A stretch of DNA of 64,000 nucleotides. Source: Bugula neritina. Its lineage: Eukaryota > Animalia > Bryozoa. How positions within the stretch are numbered: position 1 is the first letter of the stretch; the number at the start of each line of letters is the position of its first letter. The stretch spans positions 9,518,741 to 9,582,740 of the forward strand of contig OZ037768.1 of assembly GCA_964035545.1 (NCBI GenBank). The letters run 5' to 3'. Both the position numbers and the translations under genes were made by a program. This document shows, in pieces, positions 24,701 to 46,509 of the stretch. The notes below the pieces were generated by a model. That model did not search any database. It worked only from the letters and a program-made list of their open reading frames with translations, and was not told where the DNA came from.

Positions 24701-26669
24701 TTGGGCTTTAAGCACTATATTCAAGCTATTTATTTCTGGTTTTATAATCTGCTCATATTTTACTATATCAAGTTTATTTAAAGACTATTTTATGTAAATT
24801 ATTTTGAGTAATTTTCAATAAACTTTGCTTCACTAAATAGCGAAACATTGATTTTGTCTTTATCTTTATGGCTAATGGCTTTAAAAATATGAATCGAGTT
24901 TTTTATATATTGGAAGTTGTCCTTCTTTTTCACGTAGTCGATTTTTACTTTGTAGAGTGTGAAGGTGGTGACTTGCTGTCTAAGGGTATTGGAACTAGTG
25001 TTTACTCATCTCCTGAACAGAAGAATCAAAGAACTTATGACTCCAAGGTAAGCGGAAGCTCTTACAGCATCCATACCTTCCTGAGTAAATGTTTTTCCAC
25101 CTTCAATATGTTGCTCTTTATAGAAAATGATTGTTTTGCACATAGAATGGTTCATTGATTATAAACTTAGATTTTAATAATTGGTTTTATTTAAGCACTT
25201 TTTTGTCAATTCGGTTTGAGAAGTGAATTAGGATTGTTTCACATTGATATGCATAGTGAGAAGGGCTTCATTATACATGTATACCTTACATAGTGTTTCT
25301 ACATACACTGTACACATATACTCTAAACAAGTGTTTCTCATACATGTTTGCCGTTGACTAATGTTTCTATAAACATGTGTATTTTAGACGGATATTTATA
25401 GTGCTGGTATAATTATCTTTGAGCTCTACTGTCCTTTTTTCACCGAATCGGAAAGATACAAAAGAATTGAAGAATTACGAAACAACAGTTCGGTCCCTGT
25501 GGAGTTATTGGCCCGATGGCCTGAACAGGTAGGTACCTAAACAGGCTAATCAAAAACCAACCATAAGATTACCACAGTGTGTTTTACCTGCTAGGTGGTG
25601 CCCAGTTATGTCAGCCATACGGCTTCTGATTCATGTTTTGCAGAGTACATGCCATTCTATTACATGTGACAATGTAGTAGCTGTGTATAGCTGTGTTACT
25701 GTGTAACTGTGTACCATGTAGCTGTGTAGCTACATGTGTAGCTGTGTACTATGTAGCTGTGTTACTGTGTAGCTGTGTACTATGTCGCTGTGTTACTGTG
25801 TAGCTGTGTACTATGTCGCTGTGTTACTGTGTAACTGTGTACTATGTAGCTGTGTTACTGTGTAACTGTGTACTATGTAGCTGTGTTACTGTGTAACTGT
25901 GTACTATGTAGCTGTGTTACTGTGTAACTGTGTACTATGTAGCTGTGTTACTGTGTAACTGCGTACTATGTAGCTGTGTTACTGTGTACTATGTAGCTGT
26001 GTAGATACATGTGTAGCTACATATGTAGCTGGTATAGTTCATCATGTCTGGCCAACTTGTAGATAAAGATGCTCTTACTCATGGTAGATGTGAAGCCAAT
26101 GTTGAGACCGAGTGCCAAGGAGCTGTTAAATAGTGACTTATACTTAGACAAAGACCAGGTATATTATCTTAGTGTTGTTATGCTCTCCAGTATACAAAGC
26201 TTTTCCCTACTTAGCTTAGGAAATCTCACAGCTGTTGCTAGGGAGTTATCTACCCTATTGCTGGCAAATTCATTTCAAACCAACGATCAATATGTTAGAA
26301 CAAATGTTTTGGTCATTTATTGTATTATTTGCACCTGATATGTTTTATGATCTGTAGTGAATTTTATTTGGTGTGTTGCTAAGTAGGTTAATAAAAATTA
26401 TTTTAACTATTTAATGAAGTGCATAACTGTATTAAGTATTTAGGCACGATATTAGCAGGCTGATAATTATTGCATGGGTTTCTGTTGATCTTTGAAGTTA
26501 TCTGCTCATATTTCAGATCATCTTGCATTTGGAGTCTCGAATTCAAGAACTGGAAACCAAGAACGAATTGCTGACACAAAATAATAAGATGCTGCAAGAA
26601 ACTATGCAGATGGAAGCCGGTGACTATCAACTCTTCCTTAGGTGGAAAAATAATAGCGAGAGTTCTTGA
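18704..26669 (+). CDS. EIF2AK1: eIF2-alpha kinase 1 (heme-regulated inhibitor, HRI), about 619 aa
   Basis: 13 coding exons: 18704-18869, 19997-20254, 20339-20508, 20936-21106, 21346-21511, 22104-22213, 22668-22773, 23158-23264, 24430-24553, 24956-25047, 25388-25528, 26063-26158, 26517-26669. HRI-type N-domain LLEHICCSYVSNPQQRKQVLKELC; kinase motifs SRYSSDF, IGSGGFGSV, YAVKKV, REVKVLATLNHSSIVRYNSAW, kinase insert, LYIQMELC, HRDIK, KIGDFGLA, GTSVYSSPEQ, DIYSAG; C-terminal coiled coil. Confidence 0.93.
21500..21870 (+). repeat. Minisatellite, 18 copies of an 18-21 bp unit (ccagGTATGTgtcagcagtag), spanning the HRI exon 5 donor
   Basis: AG|GT dinucleotides at 21512, 21532, 21553, 21574, 21595, 21613, 21634, 21655, 21676, 21697, 21718, 21739, 21759, 21780, 21800, 21821, 21842 and 21863. 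Confidence 0.95.
23687..23769. repeat. Near-perfect 83-bp palindrome in HRI intron 8
   Basis: ttttcactctac-gg-ctttagaatctaaaatatcttgatata-a-tatatcaagatattttagattctaaag-ta-gtagagtgaaaa: a 27-bp perfect inner stem plus a 12-bp outer stem. Confidence 0.92.
25676..26030. repeat. Intronic minisatellite with 31-bp unit (gtagctgtgttactgtgtaactgtgtactat)
   Basis: actatgt recurs at 25748, 25779, 25810, 25841 and onward; the unit is built from ~9-bp ctgtgtann subunits. Lies in HRI intron 11. Confidence 0.92.
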
Positions 26670-29600
26670 TGTGGAAGAGTTATCGTTGCGGGAGGGTTCT
26701 TGATGTGGAAAATAGTGATTCTAGTTTACAATTATGTTGCTCAAAACCAAATCATAATGCAGTGTTAGACAAATTTTCTATACCTCATTTTGTGCAAACC
26801 CTAATTTCATAGATTAAAACCATAGTTTACTGTATTTAAATATACCATTTCTTATTAGTTTGTTTAATATCAGTATGAAAGGCTCAACTACCTGTTTTAT
26901 GCAAGATTGGTCTTGAGACAATCTCATTTTTTCTCCCGAAGTTTGTGCTTTTGTCACTAAAGCATGCTTTACTTTTAAATGTTCAGTTGTATCAAGTGTA
27001 CAATTCAATTTTGCTAATATGATGACTTGATTTATGAACAGCAATATATTATATCCAAGTCTTCCAAATATAACAGTTTATTGTAAGCATTTCTGAAAAA
27101 TATTTTACTGTGCTATCCTCAGCGAGGTTTTGTTAAGCTGTAACTCATATGCTTTTTTAACAGCGGTGAGGCATAAGTAATTTGTGAAATGAAATCAATC
27201 ATAAAGGTTGATAGTGTCTACTTCATATAATTTTTAATATAATAAATTTGCTGCTCAAACTTATGCTCTCAGTAATATTATTTGTTGGATCTTGTTACTA
27301 TTATTTACTAACAAAAACTACAATTCTCAAACTAGTATAAAGTAATTATTTTTATTGTAAGTTTAAACAATAGGAGAAATTAATATTGACATCAGTGCTT
27401 TTTTAGTCTATAAAGTAGAAATATTCTTAGCCAGTAGTTGTATATAGCAAGTACCATGTAACTCAAACCTGTAACTGGTTGACTAAAAAGCACTCTAGTG
27501 ATAAGGTTAAGGTGAACAGTGATAATGGCAATTAGGGCTCTATTTCTGAGAAGAGTGTCAATCTCAAGAATTAGCAGTTATTAGCAATTTAATATTATTT
27601 ATACGTACAACATATTATGTAGGTTATAATTTAAATTAAATCAAGTTTATTTACAGACAAATTTCAAACTTGTAGGTTATCATCCCTTGACGCTATATTA
27701 CTATGCTGTGTAGGACAACTCCCACATTTATAGTTGTTACTGCTATTACACAAGTGTCTCCTATGGCTACTGTCAGTGATCACATGACCTACAATGTTAA
27801 TAACCACACCGCAGCAGTAGCATCAAGATGCTAGCTACTGTTATACAGAACTGGGAACAGATTAGAAGGTTGATTGCAACTTGCATCCTGTAGAGGAAAA
27901 GAAACATACAACAAACCAACAGAAATCAACTTTAGTCAGATTATGTGAGTTAAGTACTTTGCTCAGCTTTTCTTTCTGCTTTTTTCATTTCAATTTTCAC
28001 TTTTAGTTTTAGCAAATTAAATATTTATATTCAATTTTTTAGTGATTTTATTTGTTTTTTTTGGTATTAGGTACTAGGTTTAATAATTTATTTTATTGTT
28101 ATACACTCAAAATGTAATCTTATCAGTTCTTGTTCATTAAAATACTTATAAACAAGGAATTTTAGCAAACTAAATAAAAACAGCATATTTATATTAGCTG
28201 TTTTTAGAAATACATATAAACTGCATGCCTTTTTATTTTAAATTTAGAGACCTAATGCTTACAAGTAGCATATTTTTAAGCATTCTAAATTTTAGAACTG
28301 TCATTGTGTCTGTTACCCTTTATCAAAATTTTTGTTCAGTTTGTAAGTAACCTCTTTACTAATTTTGTTTTAACAGCTCAGAGTTGAAGACTGAAATTTC
28401 TAAACTGCTAAAGAAACAGGCCTTGGTGTGATTCATTGGATTGAAAGCTCTCCCTTGATCTGCTATTGTAACTGCTTGTTTAGAATTCCAAATATTTAAC
28501 CTATTCCCTTCAGTCCTCCCTATTCTCTATCTTCAACCCTACCTGCACTATCCTTTATGCAAAGGTAAAGTAATAACAGTTATTCTTAATCCTATCCATG
28601 AGAGTTTCTGTTGTCATGCTTTAAATGTGTAATACAACTCGTCATATTAGTTCTGTCTGTATGGGTTTGTCCTTTCTCCTGCCATTATGCATGATCCTCT
28701 TGGGTCTGAAGGGCTAACATGGTAGTACTGTTTATCTGTTATAAGCGTCTGTGCGTTTGACAATGTTTAATGTGCAAAAAATGTTTCTGTTTGTATGTGT
28801 AGTTACATTTGATCCTTACAGCAAATGGGTGGAAAAACATTTTGAATACAATTTAGTCTAGAGCAAACTTTGAATGACAATTTCAACAAATATTTTCACA
28901 GAAATTTTGCAACTGGTTTCAGGATTATTTAAAAAGTATTATGTCATGAGTCATCAATTACCAAAACTTTTAACATTTTTTTCTCTTTCCTATCCTGATA
29001 TTTACAATATTGGTATCTGGAGGTTTTGGTGTAGGTTGCCATAGTTTCTAATCCCCCTTGTATACAGTTACATAACATTAGTTCATTAAACTTATCCCTG
29101 CTTCTATTATAGCTATTACATTTACTGACTAGATAGAACCTTTTCATGAAGCCCTAAATTTAAGGAGTTGTAATGGATTATGTAACTGCTATAACTAATG
29201 AGCTTTTAATAAGTGCCAATATAATACAAACTCTATCCAACACACAGCTGCTTTCACACCTGAAAACTCTAGCTAGCAATTTTGACCAAATATATATATA
29301 ATTCTAAAAACTCTTTCCTTTTCAACATAGTAGAAAATATTTTACAAAAATATCTGGGTTTGGTAATTCAGCTACATCATATACAGGACCTAAATTGTTA
29401 TTTAGGTCCTGTCTATGCTGAGCACTTTACAGCCAATGTTAAACAGTGTAGTTTGGGTTCAAAATGATTAGACCTTAGTTCAATATTTCTAAATTTATGT
29501 TAATCCTTTTCTTCCACCTAGTTCTGCTAGTGGTATATGTTTACCTGTTTACCTGTCATACTAGACTACACTTTGCCACAAATCAACCCCCTATTCTTTA

Positions 29601-32600
29601 TTCCCTCCAAGTTTCTACAGTACAATAGATACTCTTTCTCGCCTAATTTATGTTATCCACTGTAACTCCTTGGCTCTGTGTTTCACTTAGTAGGCTATGT
29701 ATGCAGGTTTCTTTCCTGGCTCATCGGTTAGTAAGCTAAAATGTGCCATTTCTATTAATATTCATGTAAAATATTATATACGCATCTAATTACAAAACTA
29801 ATATATGGCGAAATCTTTTGTTTTGACACTAGCGTTATTTAGTAGACTAGCTGATAGCAGTGTAACTATTTCCATGAAGGTTGTGGTAAAGCATCTTGGC
29901 ATGTATAAAGTTTAATGTTTTATCACTCTGAAGACACACACACACCTTATGTATACCCTTTACCAACTGATAACTTAAGATCATGTTTTCCTATCTGGAT
30001 GATAAATATTGTCAATGTAAATAATGCTGCTGTAGTTTGGTCATATTAGCTACTTGTTGTACATCTGTTTATACAGTATTGACAAGAGATTTTATATTTA
30101 CATTTTTACTTACAAATTGATGAGCGATGATTTGTTACATGCTAACATTTCTCTGTTCTGCTGCACTGTTACAATAAGAAATACTGTTAATTTTTCTAAG
30201 ATATGCGTCTAGAATAAAATGTTTGTATCTCACACCTTCATTTCATTACCTGTATTGTTATAACTCTTCAAGAATTTAATAATATCTTAAATCTTATGCA
30301 ACTAACTCTTTGTACACACCTTTTCACTGCTTAGTTTTTGTTTCATTTGAGTGCCAACTTTTCATGTTGCAGATATTTTTTGGAATAGAAAACTGCATAA
30401 TAGCAAAATTTTCCACCATCTAACTTGAAATTAAGGAGTCAAATGTATCAAAGCTGTCAAGTAACAAATACATGCTTACAGCAGGACTAGTTGAAACAGA
30501 TAGCATTCTTCATTGGTATATTATCTTAACTTTTACTTCGTTGTAAGCCACATATTGGATTTTTACCGGTCATCAATAATTAATGACAAACTTGTTCTTG
30601 TACTCCATTTGTAAGTAATTTTGAGAAGAAGCTTATGGCAGTTATGACACTAGCATAGACTGCACATATCACATATAGCTACCTATCACTTCAAATCCAC
30701 TCTAATATGATAAAGTCTATAGTTCATGCACTCATAAAATCTGCCCACATCTAGACTATTCTGTGAAAAACATGGAGTTTTTGCTTTAGAAAATTGGTGG
30801 TATGTTAAATGACACACAACCGAGCACATTTCTATACAAGTGTTGCACAATAAGCTCTTCTTTTGCAAGTGAGTTCCTAAAGTTTAGCAAAAAAAGTCTG
30901 TCCTTTTTAAAATTGTCATGCACCTGAATCTCTTTGTCAATATGTTTTTATAGTTTGTGTTGATGGTTTCAATAGCCATGTTTTTTGAAAAAAAAATTTT
31001 AATATGGCCGGAGCTTTTTTCTCCATCTTAGTTTCTAATATTTCTACCATGGAGGGAACTCAAACTTTCAGTGTGCTGTCATTTACCACATGCCATTTTG
31101 GTCACCTAATTTAGTTTATGTTAGACTGGGGCTGTGGTCTGAAATAGTCTTGGCCTTTGAATTGTTTTGCATATAAATAGTATATGCAATTACAATTTCG
31201 CTTGAAATTCCTCTGCTGATGGTTTGAAAAATTTGCATAAGTCTAATGGTAACAACCATTAAAAACCAATGATGGTCACAGCCTATGGTTAGATTCTTCT
31301 TCATACCATATGCAGCCAGACAGGCTAATTTAAGTTTAGTAGAGCTATGAAGTCATGTGGAAGCTTTCTTTTTTGTCAATTTAAGGATCTCCTGGTATTA
31401 ACATTCTCAAGACTCTAAGATTTCTATGTACAGTTTGAACTGTGAGGTTATTGGAGCACAAACCTATGTCTCTGTATCAATTGCTGACAAGTTTGAGCTA
31501 GTCTTCCAGATTATGATATTTGTAGTTTGAAAGTTGCAAATAATTTTATGAACGTTATTAATATCCTTCAAAACAGTTTTTATTTGAAGATCGTTATATA
31601 AATAGCTAATATATTCCAGAAGAGTGAGCTAATACCAACTATGTTACCATCTATATAGATAAAAGTAGCTGTAGTGTGTAACATAATATACTCCACCGAC
31701 AGGAAATGGCTCTAAGGTTTATAGTATAGGACAGATCTGTTTTCTCTCTACATATTTACTGAAGACAATTGGTCTGGCTGTTATAGTTTGAGTTCACACA
31801 TCCTTATCACACTGTATGTGTTGGCTACCATTTCCATCCCATGTGTGTTGTTAGAAAAACAAATGTATGTTATGCGTTTACTTCACTGGCTTACTTGATC
31901 AAATTTTATCCCTACTACTTGTGCTTCATAACTCTCAAATACAACATAAAGTTTACAGTAGTTGTATAATAAATGTATGCACCATTCAATAACATGGGTA
32001 TGCATATTGTTAATTATTGAATGAGATTGGTGTTAGTAGATTTCCACAATTCTGGTACCTGGCGGCCATTTTGTGATATTCTGTATGATTTGTAACAGAG
32101 ACAGCCTGTATGTACGCAGACATTTACAAGCTTTAGGTGCAAAATTCAGCTCTAGGTTCTTTATTTGAAACAGTTGCTAAGATATGCTGCATTGATAGAT
32201 GTTACATCTGATCGGCAGCAGGAAAAGCAGGCTTTATCTTTCCTCTACATCACCTTCTTGTTTATCCCGTTTACAGGTAGCCCGGCCATATGATTCATAG
32301 ATTACTTCGGTACTTCCAAATTATTGCGATATCTTTGCATCTGCAGGTCAATTTATTATACTGCACAGTGCACAGCATAGCAAGACAATGGTTTAGGTAT
32401 ATTATCTAATATATGCACATAACTTATTAACTTGACATCCTCTATATATAGCATGTATAATTAAGCACCTATATCCCAATGTTTTACTCCCTTTATAGCT
32501 ATTTAATTACAGTTTCTTTGTTAGTATCACTCTCAATAAATCTCCAGCTCTACTGTCTATAATATGGCTACATCTCCACATCACGTGTTATTCTGCACAC

Positions 32601-34759
32601 ACATGCTATACAGTGTGTAAGCTGCAAGGTATTACGTATCAGGCAAGCAATATATTGAATAGCTAAGCAAAGGATTATAGGTTTACTAATGTCTATTTCT
32701 GTTGTGCAACTTCTGCAAGAGGTCTCGCTACTGTATAATACTTTAATTCTGCTGGTTTCTATTGTCTGTTAAGGTATTTCACTTTCAGCTTATGCTATTA
32801 GAACTCACTAGTGAATGATCACAAGGTAATATATTGCAGTTTAAATACCGCCACCATTACTAAAGATATCCTGAAATCTACATGAATGCATAATAAATAA
32901 TCTGACAATTTGTATGAATACCTCAGTAGGCAGAGTGCAGTATTTCTATACCACCGCCTGAAAAATATTCACTATTACAAACTGAAACTAAGTTAGCACT
33001 ATTAGTTTAGCTATTCTATACACCCCTGCATACTACTATTTGGGAACACAAGTGGGTGAATTCATGAATCATATCCATAGAATCATGATGGGTATGAGAA
33101 TATTTAACGAAATATGCATATTTGAAGCACTTGTGTATATTCAGCAAGAAGCTTTACTTCAAAAGTTATAATATCTATAAATAGCATTTGTGGAGTTATT
33201 ATGGATATTGGGTTGGCTTACTCTGAGATGACAACTTCATATTATGCTTGTGATAGGGGAAATACATGTCTATTGATTATAATAATTTACATTTCGTAAT
33301 TTTATTTTACAGATTTAAATCATAGCGTGTATTTAATCACGATTTATTTTATAGCTTCTTACTTTGATACTTAACTGACTTTAATGGTAAAATATTAGCA
33401 TAACTTTTATAATTACTGAAATAATTTCAACTTCTGTTCATGTATATGCAATAAAAATTTCCTTGTACTACTGATCTTTGCAAGTTTATGTAGTTTCACA
33501 ACAGCATTGCATATATGAATGATCTTAAAAGCCTGACATAACAATATATTGCTTTGTCAAACTAAATGAAACAACTACACCTTAGAATTTCTGGCAAAAG
33601 TCCTTAAACATCAAATAACCTGAAAAATTTAAATCAGATTAAACATACTCTCATATAAATGCTACAGAAGCTGTATTGGTTGTGCTGAAGCTTTGAACAT
33701 TTACAAATATAAGTTTTTCACTTTCTATAGCAGCTCATGCTATCTAGAGATGAAAACTCAATCATAGAAATACTCTAATAGTCTAATTACTTAATTGAAT
33801 TCACCTAAAAACAGGCAGCTACAGGCAAGGTGGAGGAAGGGTAGCTCCTATAGGTGTGGTGCTAACATTAATTACGTTTAGTAATTAAAGAACCCCACTT
33901 TAAGTAATGTCAGTTAAAGTAATTAACTAATTCACTTAGATACCTATTGACATTGTTTGGACTATGCAACATTTGCTCATTTGGTGGTAGTGACTTGTAT
34001 TCATCCTCATTAATTTTTCCCCACCTCTTTCAGTTGACAACCTAAGCTACCATGCAAACAGTCAACACTGCTTATTATTTTCTGGAAATGAATTCATTGA
34101 ATACTGATTGGGCTGGAATCGGGATATCAGAATTGACAAATGACGCCGGTTTGCCAAAATTGAACTAGTAGTGAGTTTATTAGTAGCTAGTAGCTGCACT
34201 GCAGGCCACCATTCACTCAATCTCCGTTCTGTGTAGGCTTTGTTCGGTTGTGTTGGTAACACCTCTCAGAGAAGTTCTCTCATCCTTTTGCTTGCCTGCA
34301 TGGGTGTGTTTATTTCATAGAGCTACTTGACTGGTATGTATGTATCATAGATGTACGTGAGTAATGAAGATAGGATTTCTTTGGCTAATCACACTTTCTA
34401 TAAGTAAACTAATTTATACTTATTTACGTATCATATATCAAACTTATAAATAATAGTGAAATGAATTATAGTATAAGGAGTAAAATATATTTGGTTAAAA
34501 ATTAGCACAAACCACAGCAATTCAACCAGGCTGTATGTTACCAGTGTTATGTATAACTACACCAGTTTACTTTGAGTGGCTTCTCTAAGAGACTTTATTG
34601 GTGGTTTCCTGTTGTATGTTATCTTTGCTCAGTTTTGCTGACTATACCCAATAACAATTCTGGGCAGCAGTGATAATTTAAACATTCTATCCACTTCTAG
34701 CAAGTTGATATAAAAGCTTGGCTTCTGAATTTGGCTTCTTGTTTGTTCAGCATGCTATG

Positions 34760-35000
34760 ATATTGTACAGTGGTGTACATTATATTGTACAGTATTGTAC
34801 ACTATTTACAGTATTAACTGTATTATACAGTATTGCACAGGATTGTGCAGTATTGAACATCATTGTGAAATGTTGTACAGTACTTACAGTGTTTACAGTA
34901 TTTTACAGCAATGTACAGTATTGTAGGATATTTTGCAGTATTTTACGGTGTTGCAAGGTGTTGTACAGTACTTCGCAGAGTTGCAAGGTGTTGTACAGGA
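34760..35000. repeat. Degenerate ~10-bp tandem repeat (tattgtacag)
   Basis: Recurrent tattgtacag/tgttgtacag/tatttacag variants; this explains the spurious ORF 34718-35122. Confidence 0.75.
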
Positions 35001-36339
35001 TTGCTGGACAATATTATGTTTCACCATTTTTATCTGCATATACTAGAAGTTCTTTGTATAACAAAATTATATCACCATATTCTCAAGTAACACATGTTAT
35101 CCAGTTCATCACATTCAATTAATTATTATTGCATGTCTTAATTTAAGCTGTTGAAGCTTGCAGTCTATCTCTACACACAGTATACTATGGGCTCAGCCTA
35201 GTGTAAATAGCATTTATTGCTCCCGAAAGACATAAGACAAAATTGTCGTGTTTTCCAATTATCTGTAAGTTTGATTAGTGTCCAGAGGATGATTAAGAAG
35301 TTCTCAGAAAGTTTGCTCACGGCCCAGCGCAGTGTTTGCACAGATGTAATTAATTGTTGAGTTACCTACGGTTTATATTGATTTACTGTTAGCTCAGACT
35401 AATTTTGTGATTATTGCTTTTAATCGAGTATTAATTATCAAATACTTGGGAGAAATCTGCCAGCTTTGTATATTCTATAGATGGTTGAACTGGGAGTTGA
35501 ACTGAACGCTGTGAAAGATAAAGCATGTAATCACATCTTTTATTATATATATTATTTAGTTTGATCGAAACATCTACTCAAAAGGAGGCACATGGACTAA
35601 CTCTTAACTTTCTAACCTCCACTTTCACTACAAGCACAGACATAAGAAATTATTAAAACTGGTGAGAAACTTTTATTATTGTAATTCTGATAGCTCAATG
35701 GTTGAAAATAAAATATTATATTTCAATTTATCAAATAAGCACTGGGAAATATGGGTAATAGCTTTTCAATTGTTCCACACCTACTTTTAATTATAATTTT
35801 GCTTGAAATATCTGGCAACACCTTTTCTGCACTTCTGAATGGGTGCGACATTTCTGGTTGATCTTGCTCCAAGTGTTTTTGCATAGCTGACTGGTTACAC
35901 TTTTCACTACGAGTTGTTGGATACATTAACTAGTGCAACATGAAAATAAAAATTCACACAGTGCGTTTAACATGCCGTAGATGATGTGCCGGATGCATTT
36001 ACTTTGGATCATGAAGTTTTTTTATTCTTGCATGTGAATACAGTTGCAAGTAATCATAATGTAATATACTACATTTGTATGTGCGAAGATTTGGCCGGGA
36101 TGATGGAAAAAGTTTTCAAATAAATTTGAGCAATATAGCATGTTCACATACTAAAGCTCACTTTTAACACGTTCAGGTGCTTTGACCCTATAAATTTTGT
36201 TTTTTAATGAGCTGTGAAAAGAAAAACAACATTATGTTGACCACACAAATGCTAAATTTTTTGTGAAAATATGCATCCCACGGCAACTTAAAACATTGGT
36301 ATGTTTAAAAAATGTTCAGTTTTTTTCTAGTAAACAAAA

Positions 36340-45358
<9,019 letters not shown>

Positions 45359-46509
45359 GCAAAGCTACTTAACAAATAGTCATCTTAATATACATAATAT
45401 AATAATTTCACATTTATTTAGGCAGTCGAACTGCTCCATTTTTCTATTCATTAAGCGATAGAAAAATTGTGGATTTCTTTTTATTATTTCATTATGTCTA
45501 TGCTTGTATTTTTTTTACATCACATAAAGTATTAGTTGTGAACAAATCTTATTATTTCAATTAGTTCCAGTAGCCTTCATGTTTATAATGCACGCCTCTT
45601 ACTACCATCTATAAAATTAACCTATATAGCTTTAAAGTAGAAGTTTGGAACCACCTAGAAATATTTTTAGTTAATTTATTTGGATTCAGTTACCTTATAT
45701 CTATCATTTGTATAATATTTCAACTTGGGACTAGAATCACCATAACATAGCTACACACCAAAGCATTGTACAGACACATTAGTGTGAACCAAACTGTGTG
45801 TGTGTAACCTGCTGTATTTTAGTTGCTTCACCTTTTATCTTATTGAGAACTCATTTTATTAGCTTTACTTGATTGGTTCAACTGTATATATTGTGTTGTT
45901 AAAACTGTCACACAATAATTTGCTGTTGCAGGTTAGGAATTGAAGTGGAACTTCTTACTATCCTTTCTCACACATATTTTTAACAATACCCGTTTGTATA
46001 AGTAAAAAAAAACAGAAACGTAGTGAATTTGAAATCAAATGAGTTGGAAGTTTTAATGGATTTTGTTAGCTATAACTCAACACAGTGTTGCAGTTGGTTT
46101 CACTTGGTCTAACCTTACCACAGTGTAAGAACTTGTTATACAAACTAATGCTGTGACAGGCAGTATTGGTATTTAGACATACCTAATACCATATATCCTT
46201 AGTTATATAAACATTTTTATGATTTATGATCAATAAATAAAATATTCTTTTATAATCATTTTTATTACTATTTATTATATTTTTAAATACCTAATGTAAA
46301 ATAAACATGGAAAAATCAGGTCATGTCTAATTTAACAAATTTAGAAATTCTTAAAAATCATCACTTTAATAAGGATACATTGGTTGATTACTGGAGGTTT
46401 CAAAATAACACAACGTTAGGAAAATTAAAGCGACAATATGCTTAGCTACTCGTATTAGATGAATCGTTTCCTTTTTTGCATATAGATAATAGAAGAGACA
46501 ACTCCTTGC

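Noticed and set aside
34718-35122. 134-aa Cys/Tyr/Val-rich ORF
   Set aside because: Product of a degenerate 10-bp tandem repeat; non-ATG start and no family motifs.
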